Counted from the first letter of the stretch, positions 50,231-57,561 are shown. The stretch: 64,000 nucleotides of DNA from an uncultured Candidatus Saccharibacteria bacterium (GCA_964579635.1 CAZOFV010000001.1:5622-69621); one strand, 5' to 3'. Numbers and translations are program-made. Notes: generated from the letters alone by a model not told the origin.

Positions 50231-50272
50231 GTAGATAAAGGACACTTACATTAAATTTGTGTCCTTTATCTA

Positions 50273-51742
50273 TTATTTTACCCAGTGTTTTTTTCTTATC
50301 TCAGATACTTCCTTTGATTCCTCCTTCTCTTTTTTAGCCTTTCCTTCTTCTCCTAATTTCTTTAACTCTTCAATAGATAGTTTTATCATTTCAATTGAAC
50401 GTTTTTCTAGGTATTCAGTTGTGTTTCTTTCTGGTTCATCAAGTACTTCCTCAAGGAGGGCGTGTAAAACATAACCGATTTTAGGACCTGGAGTTTCATG
50501 TGTAACTTCCATAATACGTTTCCCGTCTATTTTTAGCATGGCAACCGATATCGGCGCACGCATCGCCTCTTCGATCATAGACTCATATTTTCTAAGCCGA
50601 TACGGGGTCTCTTTTGGCCTTCCCATGCCGATACGGTCGCAAGCACGAAGTTTCATTAAATCCCAAACATGTTCTGGTCCAACATTTTTCACGATACGCC
50701 TTACTGCCGATAAGGTTATTTTATCTACGTCTGAAAAAAATAAATGGTAACGCACTAGCTTTGAAACAACATCTACAATTTCTCGCGGAAAACGCATTCT
50801 TTCTAGAATTTTTTTTGTTACACGTGAACCAACTACGTCATGCCCATAGAAGGTATAATCTTTCTTTTCGTCAGACCAACGACGTGTTTCAGGCTTAGAA
50901 ACATCATGAAATAGAGCAGAAAGTCTCACGTGTAACGGCCATTCACGATCTGCTGAGTGTTGCAACGCCCTTAGGTTGTGCTCCCAGACATCATAGATAT
51001 GATCACCATTTTGTTTAACATTAATCCCAGCCTCTGTTTCAGGTGAAACATATTTAAGAATACCAAGTCGATTAGCTAAAACTATCCCAACCATTGGGTT
51101 TGGAGACATAATCAATTTAATGAATTCATCACGAATACGCTCTTGGGCAATTTTACCGAGGTTTTTAACGTTGTTTTCTAAGGCTTTTTCAGTCTCGCCG
51201 TTAATTATGAAACCTAATTCAGTGGCTAATCTGATAGCTCTGAGGACCCGAAGAGCATCTTCGGCAAATCTTTCCTCTGGGTTACCTACAGCTCTAATAA
51301 CTTTGTCCTTTATATCTTTTTGTCCGTTATACGGATCAACAATTTGTCCTTTAGTAATATCGTAGGCGATTGCGTTGATGGTGAAGTCTCGTCGCTTTAA
51401 ATCGTCTTCTAGTTTTTTACTAAAAACAACTGAATCTGGCCTACGGTAGTCGCTATACTTCCCCTCAATTCTGTATGGAGTTATTTCAACTACTTTTAAA
51501 GATTCATCTTCAGTATTTTCATTTACAACACCAACTGTTCCATACTCGTTTTCGTAAAATGTTTTTGGAAATATTTTAATAATATCTTCTGGTCTTGCGT
51601 TAGTTGTGAAATCCCAATCTTTTGGTTTTCTTCCTGCCAATACATCACGAACACAACCTCCAACTAGGTATGCCTCAAAACCAGCTTTTTCCAAAGATTC
51701 GCTTATGGCGCCTATGTTTTCTGGAATATTTTCCGGTTTCAT
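50273..51742 (-). CDS. cca: CCA tRNA nucleotidyltransferase with HD domain
   Basis: YLVGGCVRD, DWDFTT, DLKRRDFTINA, EDALRVLRA, ERIRDE, LFHDVSK. Confidence 0.92.
   Translation of the reverse strand: MKPENIPENIGAISESLEKAGFEAYLVGGCVRDVLAGRKPKDWDFTTNARPEDIIKIFPKTFYENEYGTVGVVNENTEDESLKVVEITPYRIEGKYSDYRRPDSVVFSKKLEDDLKRRDFTINAIAYDITKGQIVDPYNGQKDIKDKVIRAVGNPEERFAEDALRVLRAIRLATELGFIINGETEKALENNVKNLGKIAQERIRDEFIKLIMSPNPMVGIVLANRLGILKYVSPETEAGINVKQNGDHIYDVWEHNLRALQHSADREWPLHVRLSALFHDVSKPETRRWSDEKKDYTFYGHDVVGSRVTKKILERMRFPREIVDVVSKLVRYHLFFSDVDKITLSAVRRIVKNVGPEHVWDLMKLRACDRIGMGRPKETPYRLRKYESMIEEAMRAPISVAMLKIDGKRIMEVTHETPGPKIGYVLHALLEEVLDEPERNTTEYLEKRSIEMIKLSIEELKKLGEEGKAKKEKEESKEVSEIRKKHWVK
50816..50831. 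promoter_or_regulatory. parS-like site inside cca
   Basis: TGTTACACGTGAACCA, 15/16 match to TGTTNCACGTGAAACA. Confidence 0.7.
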
Positions 51743-51806
51743 TGTTTAAAAATTTTACTCCAGGTTTTGATATTTTCCTAATTTTCCTTATGATATATGG
51801 GATTAA

Positions 51807-51878
51807 GCCCCCGTAGTGAAATGGATATCACGACAGTCTTCGAAACTGTTATTCCAGGTTCGAATCCTGGCGAGGGCA
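51807..51878 (+). tRNA. tRNA-Arg(TCG)
   Basis: GCCCCCG/CGAGGGC acceptor (one mismatch), ACAGT-CT-TCG-AA-ACTGT, CCAGG-TTCGAAT-CCTGG; no encoded CCA. Confidence 0.93.
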
Positions 51879-51885
51879 CATGAAG

Positions 51886-52033
51886 TGTGCTTTCGCAGCA
51901 AGCCAACTGCTTGGCTTGCGTCAGGATTCGAAAGCCGGAGCATGTCGCTCTGCGACAGCGAGGCGGGGTCGCAGGTTCTTTGTGTATGAGAATGTTTTCA
52001 TTCGAAGACACTTAGAAACCTGTGACCGATTCT
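51886..52033 (+). repeat. tRNA-trailer structured element (Arg copy)
   Basis: TGTGCTTTCGC-[hairpin]-CAGGATTCGAA antisense to the tRNA-Arg 3' end, then AGCCGGAGC...GAGGCGGGGTCGC...GTGACCGATTCT. Confidence 0.85.
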
Positions 52034-52108
52034 ATAGATTAACAATAAATATAAAAACATTTTTATTTGAACTTATCCTAATCTCTGTTAAAATACTTCG
52101 ATAAAAAT

Positions 52109-52179
52109 GCGGGTATGGTTTAGTGGTAGAACACGTCCTTGCCAAGGATGAGACGGGAGTTCGATTCTCCCTACCCGCA
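52109..52179 (+). tRNA. tRNA-Gly(GCC)
   Basis: GCGGGTA/TACCCGC, CGTCC-TT-GCC-AA-GGATG, GGGAG-TTCGATT-CTCCC; discriminator A; no CCA. Confidence 0.95.
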
Positions 52180-52198
52180 CAGCGAACAAAGTGAGCAA

Positions 52199-52375
52199 GC
52201 GTGTAGAGCAAGCCAACTGCTTGGCTTGCGTCAGGATTCGAAAGCCGGAGCATGTCGCTCTGCGACAGCGAGGCGGGGTCGCGACCTTCGTTGCGGAGAT
52301 TTATCGTAGCAGAAGAGTTGTGACCGATTATCTTTGATTTCGGAGTTATTAACGAGTAATCCGTGACCGATTCTC
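52199..52375 (+). repeat. tRNA-trailer structured element (Gly-GCC copy)
   Basis: 76 bp (52207-52282) identical to 51897-51972; ends GTGACCGATT twice. Confidence 0.85.
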
Positions 52376-52598
52376 TCTTTCAGGATCTTCACCTTTACGG
52401 ACAATTTTTCACATAAATGAGCATATTTTGTAAAGAGTAATCTTATAAAAATAAGGCTAAAATAGGTCAAAAGTGGGGATAAGTCGGGGGACAATGTTAA
52501 TAAGAGACACTAAAATTGTCCAAGAAAACGACCTTTAAACGCCTTAAAATGGCTTTAAATAAGGGGATATTGTCTTTTTCCACAGAAACTGCTTATAA

Positions 52599-52614
52599 AG
52601 TTTCACGTGAAACT
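52599..52614. promoter_or_regulatory. parS site
   Basis: Perfect palindrome AGTTTCACGTGAAACT; 14-bp core equals the ParB consensus. Confidence 0.8.
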
Positions 52615-52646
52615 AAAAAGATGTTTATTTTGATATATAATCATAT

Positions 52647-53066
52647 TTGATGGATTCAAAAGTATTGAAAAACAAGGAGAGACAGCATGTTGGTAGGCTT
52701 GGTGAGGATATTGCTTGTCGTTTTTTAGAAGAAAAAGGTTTTAAGGTTATCGATAGAAACTACAGAAAGTTTATTGGAGAAATAGATATTATTGCCAAAA
52801 AGGACAAAATTTTATACTTTGTTGAAGTAAAAACTGTTTCTCGTGAAAACTTTAAAGAAGGTGAAAGTGGATTGAGTACTCAATATAGAGCTGAAGATAA
52901 TATTCATCCACAAAAGTTAAAGCGCTTAAGTAGAGCAATTAATGCCTATCTTTCAGAAAAAGTGGGAAATGTTGATTATGTTTGGCAATGCGATGCGATT
53001 ATTGTTAATTTATTCACTGCTAACAAGATTGCAAAAGTTAAGTATTTAGAAAATATTTTTGCGTAA
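52647..53066 (+). CDS. YraN-family (UPF0102) nuclease
   Basis: GRLGEDIACRFL, RNYR...GEIDIIA, FVEVKT. Confidence 0.9.
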   Translation: MMDSKVLKNKERQHVGRLGEDIACRFLEEKGFKVIDRNYRKFIGEIDIIAKKDKILYFVEVKTVSRENFKEGESGLSTQYRAEDNIHPQKLKRLSRAINAYLSEKVGNVDYVWQCDAIIVNLFTANKIAKVKYLENIFA

Positions 53067-53124
53067 TTTTTTGTTTTTTGTGATAGGATTGATAAATTGT
53101 CGGATTGGAGGAGGTTTGTTTTTA

Positions 53125-53381
53125 CGGGGTGTAGTATAGAGGTAGTACGTCTGCTTTGGGGTTAAGAAGATTTTTCGTTTAGTATTTTGGTTTCATCGTC
53201 GGGGTGTAGTATAGAGGTAGTACGTCTGCTTTGGGAGCAGATAGCCCGAGTTCGATTCTCGGCACCCCGACGATGAAACTAAACGATTTTTAGAAATCTT
53301 ATTAACCGGAAGTCCGGGGGACTTCCGTGGAAATTTCCCGAAGAAATTTAGATAGCCCGAGTTCGATTCTCGGCACCCCGA
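53125..53381 (+). pseudogene. Split outer tRNA-Pro copy (5' part 53125-53160, 3' part 53350-53381) interrupted in the anticodon loop
   Basis: Both parts are identical to the intact inner tRNA-Pro; canonical positions 38-40 are replaced by a 189-bp insert. Confidence 0.75.
53200..53270 (+). tRNA. tRNA-Pro(TGG), intact nested copy
   Basis: CGGGGTG/CACCCCG, TCTGC-TT-TGG-GA-GCAGA, CCGAG-TTCGATT-CTCGG; no CCA. Confidence 0.93.
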
Positions 53382-53454
53382 CAATGTAACTAAATGGTGT
53401 GTTAGAAACTCTTTGTAATCAGAAGTTCATTATAAACGTAACGAAGCACTGTAA

Positions 53455-53588
53455 GGGGTGAGCAGGCAAAGGGCTTTGCCTGCGTCCGGAATCGAAAGCC
53501 GGAGCGCGACGGCGCGAGGCGGGGCTGCGCAAAAATTTAGTAAAATTTTATGCGTAGCCGATTCTCGGCACCCCGACAATGTAACTAA
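53455..53588 (+). repeat. tRNA-trailer structured element (Pro copy) ending in a 30-bp duplicate of the tRNA 3' end
   Basis: GGGGTG-[hairpin]-CCGGAATCGAA antisense to the Pro 3' end; 53559-53588 repeats 53364-53393 exactly. Confidence 0.85.
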
Positions 53589-53602
53589 GTAACTAAGGTT
53601 TT

Positions 53603-54760
53603 TTAATCTATTTCGTTGAGCAATAAGAACATTAGTGGGATAGATAGATTTTCATGAAAATCTTTTTGAATCAAATCCAAGTCTTGTGAAATAAATGCAT
53701 TTAAGTTTTTTCCGGTTTCATCCTCTATTTTTCTATTGATATGACCAGGTGTAATAGCAAATAATTCTCTGGTGTTTGTTTCTTTTGTTTCTGTGCTTGT
53801 TGTAATAATCCCTTCAAGTTTTCCAGTTGAACGATTGACCACCGCCCCACCAGAAGATCCTTGTTGAGAAAGAATGTTTCCTTCAATTGAAATAATGTCT
53901 AGTAAAGCACCATCATGGAAGTTATATAATTCTTTAATAACCCCAATACTTGAGGTAAGAAAAAGATTTGTTTGAATTGTTACACCACCTAAAAACCCAG
54001 CAGGGTAAGCAGAAATTAAGACAGGAAGGCCACGCAACACATTTTCTGGGTCTATGTTTGGTTCGAGATAGGGGAAGGTGAGTGGTAATTGTTTTCCATC
54101 TGTTGTCCCAACAACACGAAGAAGGGCGAAATCGTCTTCACCTGTGCCAGTTGGCTTTTCTTGTTTGATAACTTTTGAATTTTCGGTTACCCATTTTTTT
54201 GAGACATAGATAGGTTCAATCAAAAAAGCTGGTGAAGCAGGGGAGCCTTGTCTTGCGATACAGGTTATATAATTTTTTACTCCGTAATCACGAAGTAGGA
54301 AGTATTGTCCAATGTGGGCATTTGTTAGGATAACTCCTTTATCGCTAATAAAGACCCCACTTCCCGATAATGGCTTGAAATCGCCACCATTTTGAGTGGT
54401 ACAAAGGATATTAACAATAGTACTGCGGGTTAGTGCGTTCAGTGGTTCAAGAGGGAGAATTTCAAGCGTAACGGTACGTGGGCTTGTTGAGGCGACAATA
54501 ACTGGTTCCGTTTTACTTACGGTTGATGTTTTTAGGTTTTTTGTAGTAGTTGTTGCGATTTTTTTTAATGAGTCTGTGGTTGTTGTTCCTTTTTCTGGGG
54601 AAGATGTAATTTTAGAAGTATTGTTTTCTTCTGTTTTTATAACATTTGGCGAGATTGTTGGTGTTTCTTTTTGGATATTATTTATCGGGAATATTGAAAA
54701 AATTCCAGCAATAATACCAATTAGGGTGTTTCTTAGTGCTGTTTCTATTATTTCAAGCAT
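53603..54760 (-). CDS. Membrane-anchored trypsin-like serine protease
   Basis: GSGVFI, ILTNAH, DFALL, QGSSGG triad; Thr-rich linker. Confidence 0.85.
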   Translation of the reverse strand: MLEIIETALRNTLIGIIAGIFSIFPINNIQKETPTISPNVIKTEENNTSKITSSPEKGTTTTDSLKKIATTTTKNLKTSTVSKTEPVIVASTSPRTVTLEILPLEPLNALTRSTIVNILCTTQNGGDFKPLSGSGVFISDKGVILTNAHIGQYFLLRDYGVKNYITCIARQGSPASPAFLIEPIYVSKKWVTENSKVIKQEKPTGTGEDDFALLRVVGTTDGKQLPLTFPYLEPNIDPENVLRGLPVLISAYPAGFLGGVTIQTNLFLTSSIGVIKELYNFHDGALLDIISIEGNILSQQGSSGGAVVNRSTGKLEGIITTSTETKETNTRELFAITPGHINRKIEDETGKNLNAFISQDLDLIQKDFHENLSIPLMFLLLNEID

Positions 54761-54829
54761 TGATATGTTGTTGTCAGAATAAGTTTACTAAATATTACCT
54801 TATCTGATAATATGTCGGATACGTAGTTT

Positions 54830-54900
54830 GCGGGATTAGTTAAATGGTATAACTCCAGTTTTCCAAACTGGTGTCGGGAGTTCGATTCTCCCATCCCGCA
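54830..54900 (+). tRNA. tRNA-Gly(TCC)
   Basis: GCGGGAT/ATCCCGC, CCAGT-TT-TCC-AA-ACTGG, GGGAG-TTCGATT-CTCCC; discriminator A; no CCA. Confidence 0.95.
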
Positions 54901-55037
54901 CACAGTAATACTAGGTAGTACTCAGTCGGACTAAGCACGAAATAGCCAAGAATCCCCAAAGAGGCCCCAATTGTTGCCTCTGTGGCATTTTCTCGCGCCT
55001 TCACCCAGTTCCCCTCAGGTGAGAACATATTCACCAT

Positions 55038-55205
55038 ATGGCACGCGTCACCGTTACCTTCTCGATCTCCCTCCCGCCAGAAATGGCAGAAGAACTTGAG
55101 AAAATTAGAAAGAAGGAGCATCGGACCCGCTCCGAGCTTCTGCGTGAAGCGCTACGTCGATATATTTCCGCCAGATCTCAGGACGTCCCCGCACCTGGGA
55201 TTTGA
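55038..55205 (+). CDS. CopG/ribbon-helix-helix protein (55 aa), not in ORF track
   Basis: MARVTVTFSISLPPEMAEELEKIRKKEHRTRSELLREALRRYI..., typical RHH pattern. Confidence 0.85.
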   Translation: MARVTVTFSISLPPEMAEELEKIRKKEHRTRSELLREALRRYISARSQDVPAPGI

Positions 55206-55268
55206 ACTTTCTAAGAAATTCGTTGTCGTTTGCAGTAGGCGGTCTGCTTATGAAAGGGGGTGAGGGAG

Positions 55269-55472
55269 ATGGGATGGTTTGGATGGTCTACTGAAAAGGA
55301 CACAGGAGACGAGGTCAACGTCAAGATGGAAAAGAGTTCGAGTGACGCCTCGCACGTCCATTACATACGTTCTACCGACGGCGACAAAGCCGATCACTCG
55401 CATGTGGTCTATACAAAGGAGTCAGACGGAAGTCGCCACGCACACGGTTATCCGAGTAAGAGCAAGCGCTAA
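55269..55472 (+). CDS. Small His-rich hypothetical protein
   Basis: Purine-rich RBS; three HxH motifs (HVH, HSH, HAH). Start may be 55260. Confidence 0.55.
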   Translation: MGWFGWSTEKDTGDEVNVKMEKSSSDASHVHYIRSTDGDKADHSHVVYTKESDGSRHAHGYPSKSKR

Positions 55473-55477
55473 CAGTC

Positions 55478-55882
55478 CTACGCCCGCTCCTTAACTGCAG
55501 TACGGTTAAGGAGTGGGCGTATTTGTTCTTCATAACGTCGTTCCAGTCCCTTCCGGCTATCTGTAGTTCCAGATCCTTCAGCAAACAACATCGCGTCCAG
55601 GAAGAAACTGCGGATATTCTCCGCATCAGAATTCTCTCGTTCAGGGAGATCCCATTCCGAAGCGATAAGGCAGACGGTCCCAAGATTCCAATCCGGCTCC
55701 ATCGCCGGGTCGTTGGGAAGGTTCTTCAATATATATTCCACTACCCTAAGCAGTACATCCTCTCCATCACCGGAAAGTCCGATGACATGTAGCAGGTGCG
55801 GGTTGTCATGAGTATCACGCACAATGCGGCCGAATTCCGGTCGAAACGCTGATCGTACGTATTTTGCAAATTGGTGCTCCAT
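55478..55882 (-). CDS. Hypothetical protein
   Basis: 134-aa ORF; TTGACA-17-TATTTT promoter just upstream. Confidence 0.55.
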   Translation of the reverse strand: MEHQFAKYVRSAFRPEFGRIVRDTHDNPHLLHVIGLSGDGEDVLLRVVEYILKNLPNDPAMEPDWNLGTVCLIASEWDLPERENSDAENIRSFFLDAMLFAEGSGTTDSRKGLERRYEEQIRPLLNRTAVKERA

Positions 55883-56047
55883 AGAAAAATACTAACTCTT
55901 GAAACTGAGTTGTCAATTAGCCCTGATCCATAGCGAAAAGCATGGTGTAAGTCACAACCTTTTCAGATATTTGGTAGCAGCGAGAATTGTTTTTAAAAAA
56001 AGGCCACTCCCGTGCTGGGGTGGCCTTTTTTCGGGGTGTCTCCCCGA

Positions 56048-56413
56048 TTAACGAACAAGAGATCGAAGGGTGTGGAATTGCTCGTGTGTTAAGCGCAGTT
56101 CATACCTCAAGCACTGACACGAGATGATTATGCTAATTGGGGTTATGAACAATACCGCTACGACAGAGAACCAGTTACCGGGCTGAACGACGTTGTATCC
56201 GATAAGGACCCCCGATACAGCAAAATATGACAGCGTCCAAACCAACGACGCCGTTAGCCACAAAACCCCACGGAGCCAGCGATCGCGTTCCTTTTGAAGC
56301 AATACACGGAGACGTCGCCTCAACCAAGGACGCTCGTTGAGTTCTTCTTGAATCTCAGCACAGTCTGTAATTCTTGTGATTCTTGAAAGGTGTCCCATTT
56401 TTTCTTCCTCCAC
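56048..56413 (-). CDS. Hypothetical two-TM membrane protein
   Basis: Two hydrophobic segments; terminator AAAAAAGGCCAC/GTGGCCTTTTTT downstream. Confidence 0.55.
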   Translation of the reverse strand: MEEEKMGHLSRITRITDCAEIQEELNERPWLRRRLRVLLQKERDRWLRGVLWLTASLVWTLSYFAVSGVLIGYNVVQPGNWFSVVAVLFITPISIIISCQCLRYELRLTHEQFHTLRSLVR

Positions 56414-56612
56414 ACATTGTCACTACCCGAGCCAATCTCAGGTGGTAACAAATATGGAAGAGGAAACTTCTCACTACAACATACATCTCCCACCATTTCC
56501 GTCAATGGTACGTTTTTCAGAGTGAATATTTCTTCACTAGGTACTTACTTTTCGATTACGCTATATTCATATAGTGTATGTGAGTTAATTCTTGAATGAA
56601 TAATAACAACCA

Positions 56613-56888
56613 ATGCGAATCGACGATACAGATTATGAAGAAATACTGGCGCTTCTTGATCACAAGAGCGTTCCGTTTGATCCCACTGAAGCCCGACAGG
56701 CAGTCGAGAATTTTGTCGATCTCGTTGAACTCTTGATGCGACCACTTCCACTGCCACCGGCCGGGGAAACTTCGTTCAAGCAGCCTTCTTCAGATCATCC
56801 GGGACCATCTTCTCCGTCGCTTCCACCGACTGAATTAATTCAAGAAGTTGAGGGTCGCGACTCAGGTATCGAGTTCGAACATCGTTGA
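56613..56888 (+). CDS. Hypothetical protein with Pro-rich tail
   Basis: 91-aa ORF at the right end of the islet; helical EARQAVENFVDLVELL segment. Confidence 0.55.
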   Translation: MRIDDTDYEEILALLDHKSVPFDPTEARQAVENFVDLVELLMRPLPLPPAGETSFKQPSSDHPGPSSPSLPPTELIQEVEGRDSGIEFEHR

Positions 56889-56924
56889 TGAGCCCGCACA
56901 AATTTGAGCAAAGCGAAAAGTTGG

Positions 56925-57064
56925 GCGGGATGAGCAAGCAAACTGCTTTGCTTGCGTGGAGAATCGAAAGCCGGAGCATGTCGCTTTGCGACAGCGAGGC
57001 GGGGTCCGCGAGTACTTATGAGCGAAGCGAATTAGTAACTCGTGACCGATTCCCATCCCGCACA
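56925..57064 (+). repeat. tRNA-trailer structured element (Gly-TCC copy)
   Basis: GCGGGATG-[hairpin]-GGAGAATCGAA is the exact 19-nt reverse complement of TTCGATTCTCCCATCCCGC; ends in CGATTCCCATCCCGCACA. Confidence 0.88.
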
Positions 57065-57102
57065 AAGCGTTAAGAAAACATGCTAGGAACAGCATGTTTT
57101 CA

Positions 57103-57220
57103 GCTTTGTGGGGCGGAGGCTGACGAGCCGAGCCGGGGTCGCGCAAAAATTTAGCAAAATTTTATGCGTGACCAGATTTGAACTATAGCGAAACGAATTA
57201 GTAACTTGTGACCGATTCTC
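57103..57220 (+). repeat. Second tandem trailer core
   Basis: GGC-GGA-GGCT-GACG-AGCC-GA-GCC-GGGGTCGCGCA...TGCGTGACC, then GTGACCGATTCTC. Confidence 0.75.
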
Positions 57221-57288
57221 TAATCTTTTTCACAAAAAAACAAAAGACCGCACAAATGCGGTCTTTTATTTTTAGAGATGAGTGAATA

Positions 57289-57561
57289 TTATTTCACTGC
57301 GTCTTTCAAACCCTTGCCTGCGCGGAACTTAGGAACGTTCATTGCTGGTACGTTTACTGGTTCGCCAGTGCGAGGATTTCGGGCGGTTCTTGCTGCGCGT
57401 TTCTTTACAACGAATGTTCCGAAACCTGCAACAGAGACCTCATCACCCTTTTTGAGTGATTTTACGATCGAGTCAAACACGGTCTCAACAGCTTGTTCTG
57501 CAGAAACTTTTGTTCCGCCTAACACTCCATGGACTGCGTCGACGATGGCTGCTTTATTCAT
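57289..57561 (-). CDS. hup: DNA-binding protein HU
   Basis: GFGTF...RAARTARNPRTGE...VPKFRAGKGLKDAV. Confidence 0.96.
   Translation of the reverse strand: MNKAAIVDAVHGVLGGTKVSAEQAVETVFDSIVKSLKKGDEVSVAGFGTFVVKKRAARTARNPRTGEPVNVPAMNVPKFRAGKGLKDAVK

Larger units (their letters stand above)
54903..56900. mobile_element. About 2-kb integrase-less islet at tRNA-Gly(TCC)
   Basis: GC-richer block of small ORFs starting at the tRNA 3' end and ending at a repeat of CCCGCACA (56893-56900), after which the Gly-matched trailer resumes. Confidence 0.65.

Noticed and set aside
51930-52030. Group II intron domain V/VI remnant (AGCCG...GGGG...helix...AT)
   Set aside because: Superficial only: the AGC is not paired as in DV, the stem swaps to GGC/GCC in other copies, and no RT or upstream domains are present.
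51778-52494. Short ORFs across tRNA-Arg/Gly and trailers (also 1510-1788, 53193-53384, 56776-57146)
   Set aside because: Translations of tRNA and repeat sequence; near-identical peptides recur only because the DNA repeat does.
53161-53349. Canonical group I intron in tRNA-Pro
   Set aside because: No recognisable P7 core or U-G/omega-G splice junctions, and excision would not rebuild positions 38-40.
51886-53588. CRISPR array
   Set aside because: Repeats are long, structured, irregularly spaced and tied to tRNAs; no constant repeat-spacer period and no cas genes.
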